This document shows positions 8,046-15,616 of a stretch of 20,000 bases of DNA, in pieces. Made by a program: the position numbers and the translations under genes. The notes beneath the pieces are model-generated. The model searched no databases and had not been told where the DNA came from. It worked only from the letters and a program-made list of their open reading frames with translations. Positions within the stretch are counted from its first letter, which is position 1; each line of letters begins with the position of its first letter. Source of the stretch: an uncultured virus (IMG/VR IMGVR_UViG_3300008108_000202). Lineage: Duplodnaviria > Heunggongvirae > Uroviricota > Caudoviricetes. Location of the stretch: IMG/VR virus record IMGVR_UViG_3300008108_000202, one strand, 5' to 3'.

Positions 8046-9185
8046 TTATTGAGTTTTTTTGGTGTAAGACATTAAGTTTTTAATTCTATCAAATTCCTCA
8101 TTAAGTTTAATTCCCTTTTTTTCATCAATGGATTCTACTTTAATGTCAATACCTTGACCGGCATTTTCACCAACACCATCAGTAACAGGCTGTTTTGATT
8201 TTCTATAAGCTTGTCTTTTTGCTTTGGCGTATTTATTGGCCTTTCTTTTCTTATTAATTTTTTCACCTAAATCAGTTTCAACTGCGTTTGCCCATTCAGG
8301 ATTATTTCCGGTTCTTGACGATCCTTCAATATTATCTTTCATCCAATCTTCATCAGGATGTATTTCATCATAATCAAGATTTTCCATTCCTGGTCTCATA
8401 AAATCATCCAAAAATTCTTTTCCGTCATCAGACATCGTATATTTTTTAGCCTTCATTTTTTCAAGTTCTCCGTTTCCTTTTGGGAAATGTTTAGGGTTCA
8501 TATCAAAATCTCCTTTAGATCCATCCTTTAGATAATCTTTCATTTTCTTTGCAAGAAGTTTCATATAATCATCCTCTTCCTTACCAGACCCTTTATGAGC
8601 CTTTTCATAATAAGTATATCCCGCCGGTGTTGGTGTATTTTTAATATTATTTTCTTCTTTAATAATTCTTTCAATAATATCAACCATTTCATCTTCGGTA
8701 AATAAAGCACTATCCTCAATATTTTCTAATCTATATAAAACCTCATCATCATTTGATTCTTTTACGTGATATTTTTTACCATCAACTTCAAAAGTGTCTT
8801 TACCTTCTTTTTTCGCCCTTGAAAGTGCTCCAGTAAAAGCGTTGCCTTCCTCCATTTCATTTTCACCCATACTTGATTTCTTACCTTTTCTTAATAGTTT
8901 GAAATCTCCCGCATCTATTTTGTTATTCTTATTTAAATCAAGTTTTCTTTGTTTTCCATGAAGTTTTTCCATCACCTCACCTTCTTTCATAGAACATTGT
9001 TCACAAACACTACCTTCCATAACTTCACCACCACATTGTTCACAAACACTACCTTCTTGTACATAATCAAATGAAGATCCAGGAGGATTAAATTTCAATT
9101 TTTCCATTATTTCGTTTGCCTTATCTTCCAAAGTTTCATTTAAAACTTTTTTTAATAAATCATCAATATATTTATCTTTTCCCAT
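8046..9185 (-). CDS. Charged modular protein, probable virion head/core-associated protein
   Basis: Many L/V/M-x-E junctions, duplicated EGSVCEQC, EF-hand-like DLNKNNKIDAGDF, EGNAF...FEVDGKKY module, C-terminal LNEEFDRIKNLM. Preceded by GATATTTAT. The function is inferred. Confidence 0.6.
   Translation of the reverse strand: MGKDKYIDDLLKKVLNETLEDKANEIMEKLKFNPPGSSFDYVQEGSVCEQCGGEVMEGSVCEQCSMKEGEVMEKLHGKQRKLDLNKNNKIDAGDFKLLRKGKKSSMGENEMEEGNAFTGALSRAKKEGKDTFEVDGKKYHVKESNDDEVLYRLENIEDSALFTEDEMVDIIERIIKEENNIKNTPTPAGYTYYEKAHKGSGKEEDDYMKLLAKKMKDYLKDGSKGDFDMNPKHFPKGNGELEKMKAKKYTMSDDGKEFLDDFMRPGMENLDYDEIHPDEDWMKDNIEGSSRTGNNPEWANAVETDLGEKINKKRKANKYAKAKRQAYRKSKQPVTDGVGENAGQGIDIKVESIDEKKGIKLNEEFDRIKNLMSYTKKTQ
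8994..9056. repeat. 24-bp exact direct repeat (39-bp period) encoding EGSVCEQC twice
   Basis: acattgttcacaaacactaccttc at 8994-9017 and 9033-9056. Confidence 0.9.
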
Positions 9186-9208
9186 TTTGTTTTTTATTAT
9201 AAATATCT

Positions 9209-10210
9209 TTATTTATTCAATTTTTTAAACTCATTAGAAATAATATCAATTATTAGATCTTTGTGAATATCATATTTATCACTTATTTCATTAATAACCT
9301 TATTTAAGGTTTGATTTTCAAAAATTTTAAGAGCTTTAATATCCCCTTGATTACAATATGGAAAACGTTTACATTTTTTTTTAACCTGAACGAATTTTCC
9401 TCCAGGTATTTGTGTTTTTGATTTTCCTCTCCAATGTTTTTTACTTGTAGTTTTTGCCCAAGCGGCGGGTGTTTCATACGCACCAACTCCAGCACCTGAA
9501 GATGTTGCCTCTTTAGTTTCAACTTTCTTTAATTTGTCATAATAATTAGGATCCTCAAACAAATGATCCAAAGCAATCTCTTTAGCCTCAGATTCATCAT
9601 CAGTGTGTTCCGTTTCAACTTTAATACCTTTATTAAGTTGTTTTAATAGTTCTTTTTTAATCTCACCAATATCTTTTCCTTTTATTTTGTTTTTGTTCAC
9701 TAAATCAGTAAAAGTTTTTTTATCTGCCTTTCCTCCTTTTAATTTTTCTTCTTTCATATCACCGAATAAAGGAGTATCGTACGCACCAACTCCACCTCCT
9801 GATGCCGTCGCTTCCTTGTTCTCATTTCTACTACCAACAACACCTGAAACGGATCCTGTATATTTACCAACGGTATCATCTAAAGACACATCTTCATTGG
9901 TTTCCTTTCTAATAAATGATTTTAAAAAATCATTGAGTTCTTCAGAGTTCTTAAGTAATTTTTTTATTTCTTGTTTAATTTTATTATTACTTAATTTTTT
10001 GTTCTTAACTAATTCATAGACTTGTTTAAGTGTAACGCCATCTTTAAGATAATCAGAAGAAGACTCTCTTTTATCATTACCTTTATCCTCATTCTCATTC
10101 TGAGGTGCAAAGTCTTTTCTGGTTGATGTTAAATCAGACCCCATAATACCCGCTAAAGCGGATTCTCTTCCTAATTGACTCTTAAATTGATCAATGATAT
10201 TTGTTTCCAT
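9209..10210 (-). CDS. DUF5661-domain protein, probably virion-associated
   Basis: GIKVETEHTDDESEAKEIALDHLFEDPNYYDKL is the DUF5661-type motif. It is flanked by two KEATxSGxGVGAYxTP repeats, and the C-terminus contains CKRFPYCNQG. Confidence 0.7.
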   Translation of the reverse strand: METNIIDQFKSQLGRESALAGIMGSDLTSTRKDFAPQNENEDKGNDKRESSSDYLKDGVTLKQVYELVKNKKLSNNKIKQEIKKLLKNSEELNDFLKSFIRKETNEDVSLDDTVGKYTGSVSGVVGSRNENKEATASGGGVGAYDTPLFGDMKEEKLKGGKADKKTFTDLVNKNKIKGKDIGEIKKELLKQLNKGIKVETEHTDDESEAKEIALDHLFEDPNYYDKLKKVETKEATSSGAGVGAYETPAAWAKTTSKKHWRGKSKTQIPGGKFVQVKKKCKRFPYCNQGDIKALKIFENQTLNKVINEISDKYDIHKDLIIDIISNEFKKLNK

Positions 10211-10455
10211 TACACTCCTTTGAATCTTGATTCCCAGAAACTTCTTTGTTGATACATTATCGTGTAGAACTCTCTGAATGATTTTATGATTAAATCCTTG
10301 ATGTCTTTTTCAAGTTTACCTCTTTTTACATCTTTTGAGATTTTATCCATTAATTTATCCTCAAACTGTTTGACAGTAGTTGATCCTAAGAAATCTTTTA
10401 TTTCTTTTCTGATCATAGTTTCAATTTCTTTTTTATCAGATTGAGTAAGTGCCAT
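10210..10455 (-). CDS. Hypothetical protein (81 aa)
   Basis: Coupled to the next gene through TAATG at 10210. Confidence 0.75.
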   Translation of the reverse strand: MALTQSDKKEIETMIRKEIKDFLGSTTVKQFEDKLMDKISKDVKRGKLEKDIKDLIIKSFREFYTIMYQQRSFWESRFKGV

Positions 10456-10457
10456 TT

Positions 10458-11090
10458 TTATTTTTTAAATTTAATTTTCCAATACATCCCTCCTTGTATT
10501 GAAAGTGTTTTAGCGTTATTATAACCTATTCCTAATGAGTATACTTTATCTTTTTTATCTTTTAACATTAAAGTTGGTCCGGCAAAGTTTATAATATCAA
10601 CTTTATCAAATCCTATTACACCACCAAAATAAAATTCTAATCTTTTAACAGGTTCAACATAAACCACTTCTTTTATCTTAATTTTATTAACATTAACATC
10701 AAAATGTCTATTCAAAATTCTATTTTTAAATATTGTGTCTCTAATCGCAATATACCCTAAACTATCTTTAAGACGTAAAGTATCTTTGTATGTATATTTA
10801 GCATAATAGTCTTTCAATATTTCCGCAGTGTCAACATTTGGTGGTACATTGACATAAATGGGTACATCAACATAAATTGTCTTTCCTGGTCTAAATATAG
10901 TATCGTGAGTCGGTACATATACGGTATCAATCTCTCTCTTAATAACTGTATATTTTTTACCGTTTATTTTAATGTTATCGTCTGGATTATTACCCGTACC
11001 TGTAGATGTACACATCCTCATTAACAATAAGACAATCACCAATCCTATGATTGTTAAACTTTTAAGATCTAATTTTTTAATAAATTTCAT
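10458..11090 (-). CDS. Membrane-anchored protein, DUF6808-like; candidate spanin-like/envelope protein
   Basis: N-terminal TM ending LLLMRMC, DTVY/DTI repeats, YKDTL.LKDSLG.I.I.DTI..N, and C-terminal amphipathic beta strands ending GGMYWKI. Confidence 0.55.
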   Translation of the reverse strand: MKFIKKLDLKSLTIIGLVIVLLLMRMCTSTGTGNNPDDNIKINGKKYTVIKREIDTVYVPTHDTIFRPGKTIYVDVPIYVNVPPNVDTAEILKDYYAKYTYKDTLRLKDSLGYIAIRDTIFKNRILNRHFDVNVNKIKIKEVVYVEPVKRLEFYFGGVIGFDKVDIINFAGPTLMLKDKKDKVYSLGIGYNNAKTLSIQGGMYWKIKFKK

Positions 11091-11713
11091 TATTTCTCAG
11101 GTGTTTTCTTTTTAGCAGCAATAACTTTTGACCATTTTGATTTAAACTTCTCATAGAAAACTTGTAATTTATTTACAAAGTCAAGAAAATCATCATCAAG
11201 TTTGATCATCGTTCCGTTTATATATACCCCTTTTGATTCTCCAATTGACAAGAAAAACTCAATATCAAGTTCAGTTACTTTACCCGACCACTCAACATTA
11301 TTATCGTAAACGTTTAATTTATTGAAGTCCACAATCTCAGCCACTTCAGCAACAAACTCATCCATACTTTCTTGGAATGCTCTTTTATCATCAGTAGTTA
11401 ACTGAACATCAGCCTCATCTGTCCCATGTAAAACCAATATACCTCCAGATATTCTGTAAGCCTTTTTTCTTTCACTTTTTGAAGTCTCCTTTTCATCAGA
11501 ATCGGCGGTTTCATATTCTGCTCTTTTTTCTAAATCTTTTAACGGATTAATTTTTGTAATTGGGTTAATCATTTCGGCATCTTCATCTCCTTCCTGTTCA
11601 TTAATTAATCCATGACTTTTTTTAATGTCAGAAACTTGCTCTTGAAGGATATTACCACCCAACAAAGATCTTGTTGTTTTTAACATTTTTTGTATTTGCT
11701 CGTAATCACTCAT
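11090..11713 (-). CDS. Hypothetical protein (207 aa), possibly virion-associated
   Basis: Clean coupled ORF with N-terminal ILQEQ/LINEQ motifs. Confidence 0.7.
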   Translation of the reverse strand: MSDYEQIQKMLKTTRSLLGGNILQEQVSDIKKSHGLINEQEGDEDAEMINPITKINPLKDLEKRAEYETADSDEKETSKSERKKAYRISGGILVLHGTDEADVQLTTDDKRAFQESMDEFVAEVAEIVDFNKLNVYDNNVEWSGKVTELDIEFFLSIGESKGVYINGTMIKLDDDFLDFVNKLQVFYEKFKSKWSKVIAAKKKTPEK

Positions 11714-12302
11714 TTTCTATATAATTTATAAATTCATCAAAATTAAATGCTGGACTTAAATCAGTGTATTCACTATTAAAATTACTTCTAGTGACTATTC
11801 CTTCATATTTTTCAACACCATTAACTCTAGTGTTGTGACCTACACATTCTTTATTTATTGAAAGTTTATTTGTTAGCTCTTTACACAATTTTGCGGTTTG
11901 AATAACCTGTATTTCAGTGTATGGTTGCCAAAAAAAATAGTCTCTCCATTTTTTTTCAAAAACCTTCTCATTATAAATATTACCAATCCAGTTAATGTGT
12001 GAATTTTTTAATGGTTGTTTTTCCAACCAACCTAAATTTTCCAATGATATGACAATTGAATTCCTATTTACGTTTTGAGTTGGAAAGAAATTACTATGTT
12101 CGTTATCGTTCAATAACTTTATTATTTTACCCTCTCTATCTACAATGTAATTTGGTATTTTATCGTATCTTCCATTGTACCTATATTTCAATGACATCAA
12201 ATATGTATTAACTTCTCTTGATGTGTGAGTTAATATAATTTGTTTTTTCTTCTTTTGTTTACCTGTTGGTTTGAAGTTTCCAAATTCAATAATATCAAAC
12301 AT
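11706..12302 (-). CDS. N-acetylmuramoyl-L-alanine amidase (Amidase_2 fold), possibly with a degenerate active site
   Basis: IILTHT, NYIVDREGKI, N.NSIVISLEN, YTE.Q...LC and DLSPAF match the Amidase_2/AmpD pattern. Confidence 0.75.
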   Translation of the reverse strand: MFDIIEFGNFKPTGKQKKKKQIILTHTSREVNTYLMSLKYRYNGRYDKIPNYIVDREGKIIKLLNDNEHSNFFPTQNVNRNSIVISLENLGWLEKQPLKNSHINWIGNIYNEKVFEKKWRDYFFWQPYTEIQVIQTAKLCKELTNKLSINKECVGHNTRVNGVEKYEGIVTRSNFNSEYTDLSPAFNFDEFINYIENE

Positions 12303-13228
12303 CTTTCTTTGTGTATACTAATCTTTTAGTTTTTTTTTCTTCAGGAAAAAATACATCCTCTTGGAAAAATTCCTCATTATCTGATTTACTCTCAATTTCA
12401 TATGGGGTAAACGCAAGTGCGGTTGGTTCTTCTAAAACTTCTTCTTCAGTTGGTGGTGGAGGTAATTTACCTTCCTCTCTAAGTCTACGAACATTATCCC
12501 ACACCTTTTTTGATTCTTTCTGTAAATCAGTCAATTGTTCAACTCTTTTTTCATCAATTACTTGGTCGGTACTTGGTTGATGACACTTCTTCAGACTCCA
12601 TATCAAGTATCGTAACATCAAGTTCGGTAATACTATCATTAATCGCATCAAACTTATTTCCAAGTTCATCTCTTCTTATTTGTGCCTGTTTTAATTGATC
12701 CTCAAATGTTTTTCTATTTGCATTATTTGCTCTTGTTATTAATTGTCCTGTTGTTCTATCAACACTTTGAGTTGTTGTATTTTTTGAAAGTCCATCCCTT
12801 AAGTTTGTTATGTCTCCGTCAAGTGTTCCTTTCTCTTTTGATATATCTTTTTTTATTTCCTCAAATCTTTCTTTTTTAACCTCAATGTTTTTTATTTTCT
12901 TATTATTAATTTCAAGTTTTGCAATGTTCTGTTGGAATCCGCTACTCAATAATCCATAGATCCCCATTGAAGTTATTACGGATAATATAACAAGGGCAAT
13001 TGTTAAATATATTTTTAAAATACCATAAGTTTCTTTCCATTTATCATGAAGATAAGTCGCAATTGCGATTTTTGATATCTCCAAAAAGGATCCCATTACT
13101 ATAACAGGAATCGCAACACCAATAAACACTATTGATAACCCATAAACACTATAAAATGCCGCAGCACCCGATAAACCTAATGCACAGAACAATAAAAACC
13201 AAGGTAAAAATTTCTCTTTCATAATCAT
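12295..13228 (-). pseudogene. Multi-TM coiled-coil membrane protein interrupted by a frameshift or deletion near 12555-12590
   Basis: ORF 12554-13228 (3 TMs plus coiled coil) ends abruptly in ...EEVSSTKYRPSN*. A protein-like acidic/Pro-rich tail (TDQVIDEK...PPPPTEEEV...YTKKDV) continues in another frame to 12295, coupled to the amidase start, with no convincing start of its own. Confidence 0.6.
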
Positions 13229-13240
13229 AAATTATAATCA

Positions 13241-13284
13241 ATAAATATCAAAAAATAAAATAAAGAAGTTAATATGATATTTAT
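13241..13284. promoter_or_regulatory. Back-to-back pair of GATATTTAT motifs (putative phage late promoters) for divergent genes
   Basis: ataaatatc at 13241-13249 (minus) and gatatttat at 13276-13284 (plus). Confidence 0.55.
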
Positions 13285-13288
13285 TATT

Positions 13289-13684
13289 ATGTCAACGTTA
13301 GAGGGATTAATTAAAAAAACTTTATTACAGGAACAGAAATTTCATGAGATAAGTAATGAGATTACTTTTGATTTTGATTTATACCATGATGAATATGGTC
13401 ATACGCAACAAAGAAAGTGGAGACATGGATCTGAACATAAAATAAGTGATTTTGATATTGTTAAACTACTTAAACAGGCTTCAGATGAAATTGTATATAA
13501 TATTATTGACGGTAATATTAGACACAAAAGAAGATTTATTGTGTCAAGAGAGAAAGGGGATAACTTGAATCTTGTTATAGATCCTGAAAAAATAGAGTCC
13601 ACATATTGGAATCTGATCGTTATCACGGTAATGAAAAAATCTGACTTTACTGTTGGTAAGGGTCAACTTCAAATTTTCGTATAA
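13289..13684 (+). CDS. Hypothetical protein (131 aa), possible RelE/BECR-like fold
   Basis: Start at M6 of the track ORF (MSTLEGLIKKTLLQEQ), 4 nt after GATATTTAT. Contains GHTQQRKWRH and LIVITVMKK motifs. Confidence 0.7.
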   Translation: MSTLEGLIKKTLLQEQKFHEISNEITFDFDLYHDEYGHTQQRKWRHGSEHKISDFDIVKLLKQASDEIVYNIIDGNIRHKRRFIVSREKGDNLNLVIDPEKIESTYWNLIVITVMKKSDFTVGKGQLQIFV

Positions 13685-13714
13685 AAACAAAACCACGGTG
13701 TTCTGACCGTGGTT
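13683..13714 (-). terminator. Intrinsic terminator, possibly bidirectional
   Basis: 9-bp stem aaccacggt (13691-13699) / accgtggtt (13706-13714) with a 6-nt loop. The minus strand ends in TTTTGTTTTT. Lies between convergent genes. Confidence 0.8.
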
Positions 13715-13756
13715 GTTCTTAATGTATTCTGACATAAAGAACTTTTGTTTGTTTTA

Positions 13757-13787
13757 CAAAGATATATATTTTTTTTATTTTGCCAAA
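13757..13787 (-). promoter_or_regulatory. Bacteroidota-type promoter TTTG-N19-TATCTTTG
   Basis: caaagata at 13757-13764 and caaa at 13784-13787. Confidence 0.7.
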
Positions 13788-14167
13788 ATTTCTTCCAATT
13801 TTTTTACACGATTTGTAAAAGTTGTGTTGTAGAACCCCTCAAAATCATTTTTAAGGTAATTAAATCTGATTTGAGTGCCTCCAGGTATTTTATTATACGC
13901 ACTACCCCAATTCATTCCGTTATTAACCATATCAATCACTGATATACTAATATATGATGTCCCAATATTACCGATGCGAACTGACACTTTCAGTTCAGAG
14001 TTGTATAGACCTCTTTCAAAGTCTTTTCCTCGTGGATCGGTTACAAATCCTCTTTTTTTAAACTCCTCAATAACGAAATTAAACATATCTATATTGAAGT
14101 TTTTTTTAATTGAATTAATCTCTTTGGTCAACTCTTGTAGTTTTGTGATTTTTTCTGTTACCGTCAT
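13775..14167 (-). CDS. Hypothetical protein (130 aa), putative early gene
   Basis: ORF directly downstream of a consensus host-type promoter. Confidence 0.75.
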   Translation of the reverse strand: MTVTEKITKLQELTKEINSIKKNFNIDMFNFVIEEFKKRGFVTDPRGKDFERGLYNSELKVSVRIGNIGTSYISISVIDMVNNGMNWGSAYNKIPGGTQIRFNYLKNDFEGFYNTTFTNRVKKLEEILAK

Positions 14168-14191
14168 GTCTTATCTTATTTGTTTGTCTTA

Positions 14192-14222
14192 CAAAGATAA
14201 TGGATATTATTTAATTGGCAAA
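14192..14222 (-). promoter_or_regulatory. Bacteroidota-type promoter TTTG-N19-TATCTTTG
   Basis: caaagata at 14192-14199 and caaa at 14219-14222, 24 nt upstream of ATG 14167. Confidence 0.8.
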
Positions 14223-14230
14223 ATATTTTT

Positions 14231-15031
14231 TTATAAATATTCAAATAATTCTGAAGAGTCGTTTCTTAATTTACGTAATGCTTTCTCCTTAATTTGTCTA
14301 ACTCTTTCCTTTGTAAGCCCAAAATCACTACCAATATCTTCTAAAGTTCTTGGTGTACCAGTCAATCCAAAATAATCCTCAACAATTATTCTTTCTCTCT
14401 CATCTAACACATCCAAAGTTTTCATCAATTTATCCTTTAGGAGATCTTTAGTATTAAATGCGGAATCAGGAGCGTCCGCATCCATATTTGGAATCATATC
14501 AATCAAAGTATCACCCTCTTCATTGATATTCATATCCAAGTCAATAGTACTAGGTAAGGTTGAAAACTTATCGGATAATTTACCTCCATTGTTTTCAATC
14601 TCCTTCTTAGATTTTTGTAATTCTTGAACCACATTAACCGGTAGTCGTATAGTTCTCGCATGATCATTAAGAGATTGAATGATTGACTGTTTAATCCACC
14701 AAACGGCATATGAAATAAGACGTAGATTTTTACTCCAATCAAAATTTTTGATCGCCTTTAACAACCCAAAATTACCTTCATTAATTAGATCAGGTAGAGG
14801 TAAACCTTGATTTTGATATTGTTTTGCCACAGTAATGACGAATCTCAAATTACCAATAAGTAATTCATGTTCAACTTCCTTTCTTTGACGTTCTGTCAAA
14901 TTTTCAGACATCATAATTTTTGACAACTCCTTCTCTCTTTCAGGTGTCATCACTTTAATTCTTCTAATATCTTTCAAGTAATGAGATATCTCTTCTTGAT
15001 TAATAGGTGCTCCTGTGTTCTTTTCTTTCAT
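14231..15031 (-). CDS. RNA polymerase sigma-70 factor, RpoD/SigA-like (resembles the Bacteroidota primary sigma)
   Basis: Region 1.2 YLKDI; region 2 NLRFVITVAKQYQNQGL.L.DLINEGN.GL...ISYAVWWIKQSI; RTIRLP; region 4 TLEDIG..FGLTKERVRQIKEKAL. Confidence 0.95.
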   Translation of the reverse strand: MKEKNTGAPINQEEISHYLKDIRRIKVMTPEREKELSKIMMSENLTERQRKEVEHELLIGNLRFVITVAKQYQNQGLPLPDLINEGNFGLLKAIKNFDWSKNLRLISYAVWWIKQSIIQSLNDHARTIRLPVNVVQELQKSKKEIENNGGKLSDKFSTLPSTIDLDMNINEEGDTLIDMIPNMDADAPDSAFNTKDLLKDKLMKTLDVLDERERIIVEDYFGLTGTPRTLEDIGSDFGLTKERVRQIKEKALRKLRNDSSELFEYL

Positions 15032-15037
15032 ATATAT

Positions 15038-15583
15038 TTATTTTGAATATTCCTCCAACTTTTTTCTTTCAATATCACTTAATGAGTTAATACCATGATC
15101 CGCAATCTTATCAAGTAATTCATCCAATGTCATTTCACAAATAACTTCTTTCTTTTTTTTGCCAAAAGAATTATTAGTATCGTTTATCATTCCAATAAAC
15201 ACATCAAAAATCGCATCGTCATTCAATAAAACCTCATCTATTTCAATTTCAATTCTGTTTTTATCTGTCTTATTTTTTTCAAGACCAACATCCAAAAGAT
15301 GTTTCATCCTATCGTCATCAAAGTTAGATGAAATTTCTCCATTAAAAGGTAATAATACAAATAAAAATTCAGGGAAAGAATCAATTACCATGTCGGCATA
15401 AATTGTCATTTCCTGAAAACTCAAATCAGAATTAAAATGAAAAATAGCATTTTCATCACCAAAAACATATTTTATACTTGATCCATCAGTTGTAACTGGT
15501 TGTAGTTCTTTACCAATTTTTGTTGTGATGTCTTCACTATTGATGGATTCACTTGATCCATAAACGAACATTAGATACTTCAT
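15038..15583 (-). CDS. Hypothetical protein with C-terminal DUF6576-like domain
   Basis: C-terminal LDELLDKIADHGINSLSDIERKKL matches the 'D.ILDKI...G..SL...E...L' motif. Confidence 0.7.
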   Translation of the reverse strand: MKYLMFVYGSSESINSEDITTKIGKELQPVTTDGSSIKYVFGDENAIFHFNSDLSFQEMTIYADMVIDSFPEFLFVLLPFNGEISSNFDDDRMKHLLDVGLEKNKTDKNRIEIEIDEVLLNDDAIFDVFIGMINDTNNSFGKKKKEVICEMTLDELLDKIADHGINSLSDIERKKLEEYSK

Positions 15584-15594
15584 ATTCTATTATT

Positions 15595-15609
15595 TCTTAC
15601 AAAGATAAT
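15595..15609 (-). promoter_or_regulatory. Bacteroidota -7 element (TATCTTTG) upstream of the DUF6576/sigma gene pair
   Basis: tcttacaaagataat is identical over 15 nt to 14187-14201; no clear -33 element. Confidence 0.6.
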
Positions 15610-15616
15610 TAAAAAA

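Noticed and set aside
8994..9056. CRISPR-like repeat pair
   Set aside because: Only two copies, a 15-nt spacer, and in frame within a coding region.
3503..9205. T4 gp55-type late promoters (TATAAATA at 3503 and 9198)
   Set aside because: They point away from the adjacent downstream genes; the sense-strand reading is TATTTATA. The copies at 4417 and 5581 lie between divergent genes and are ambiguous.
13544..13735. 63-aa minus-strand ORF behind the 13757 promoter
   Set aside because: It runs through a strong terminator after a few codons and then lies antisense to a real gene. Treated as a relic or sRNA rather than a CDS.
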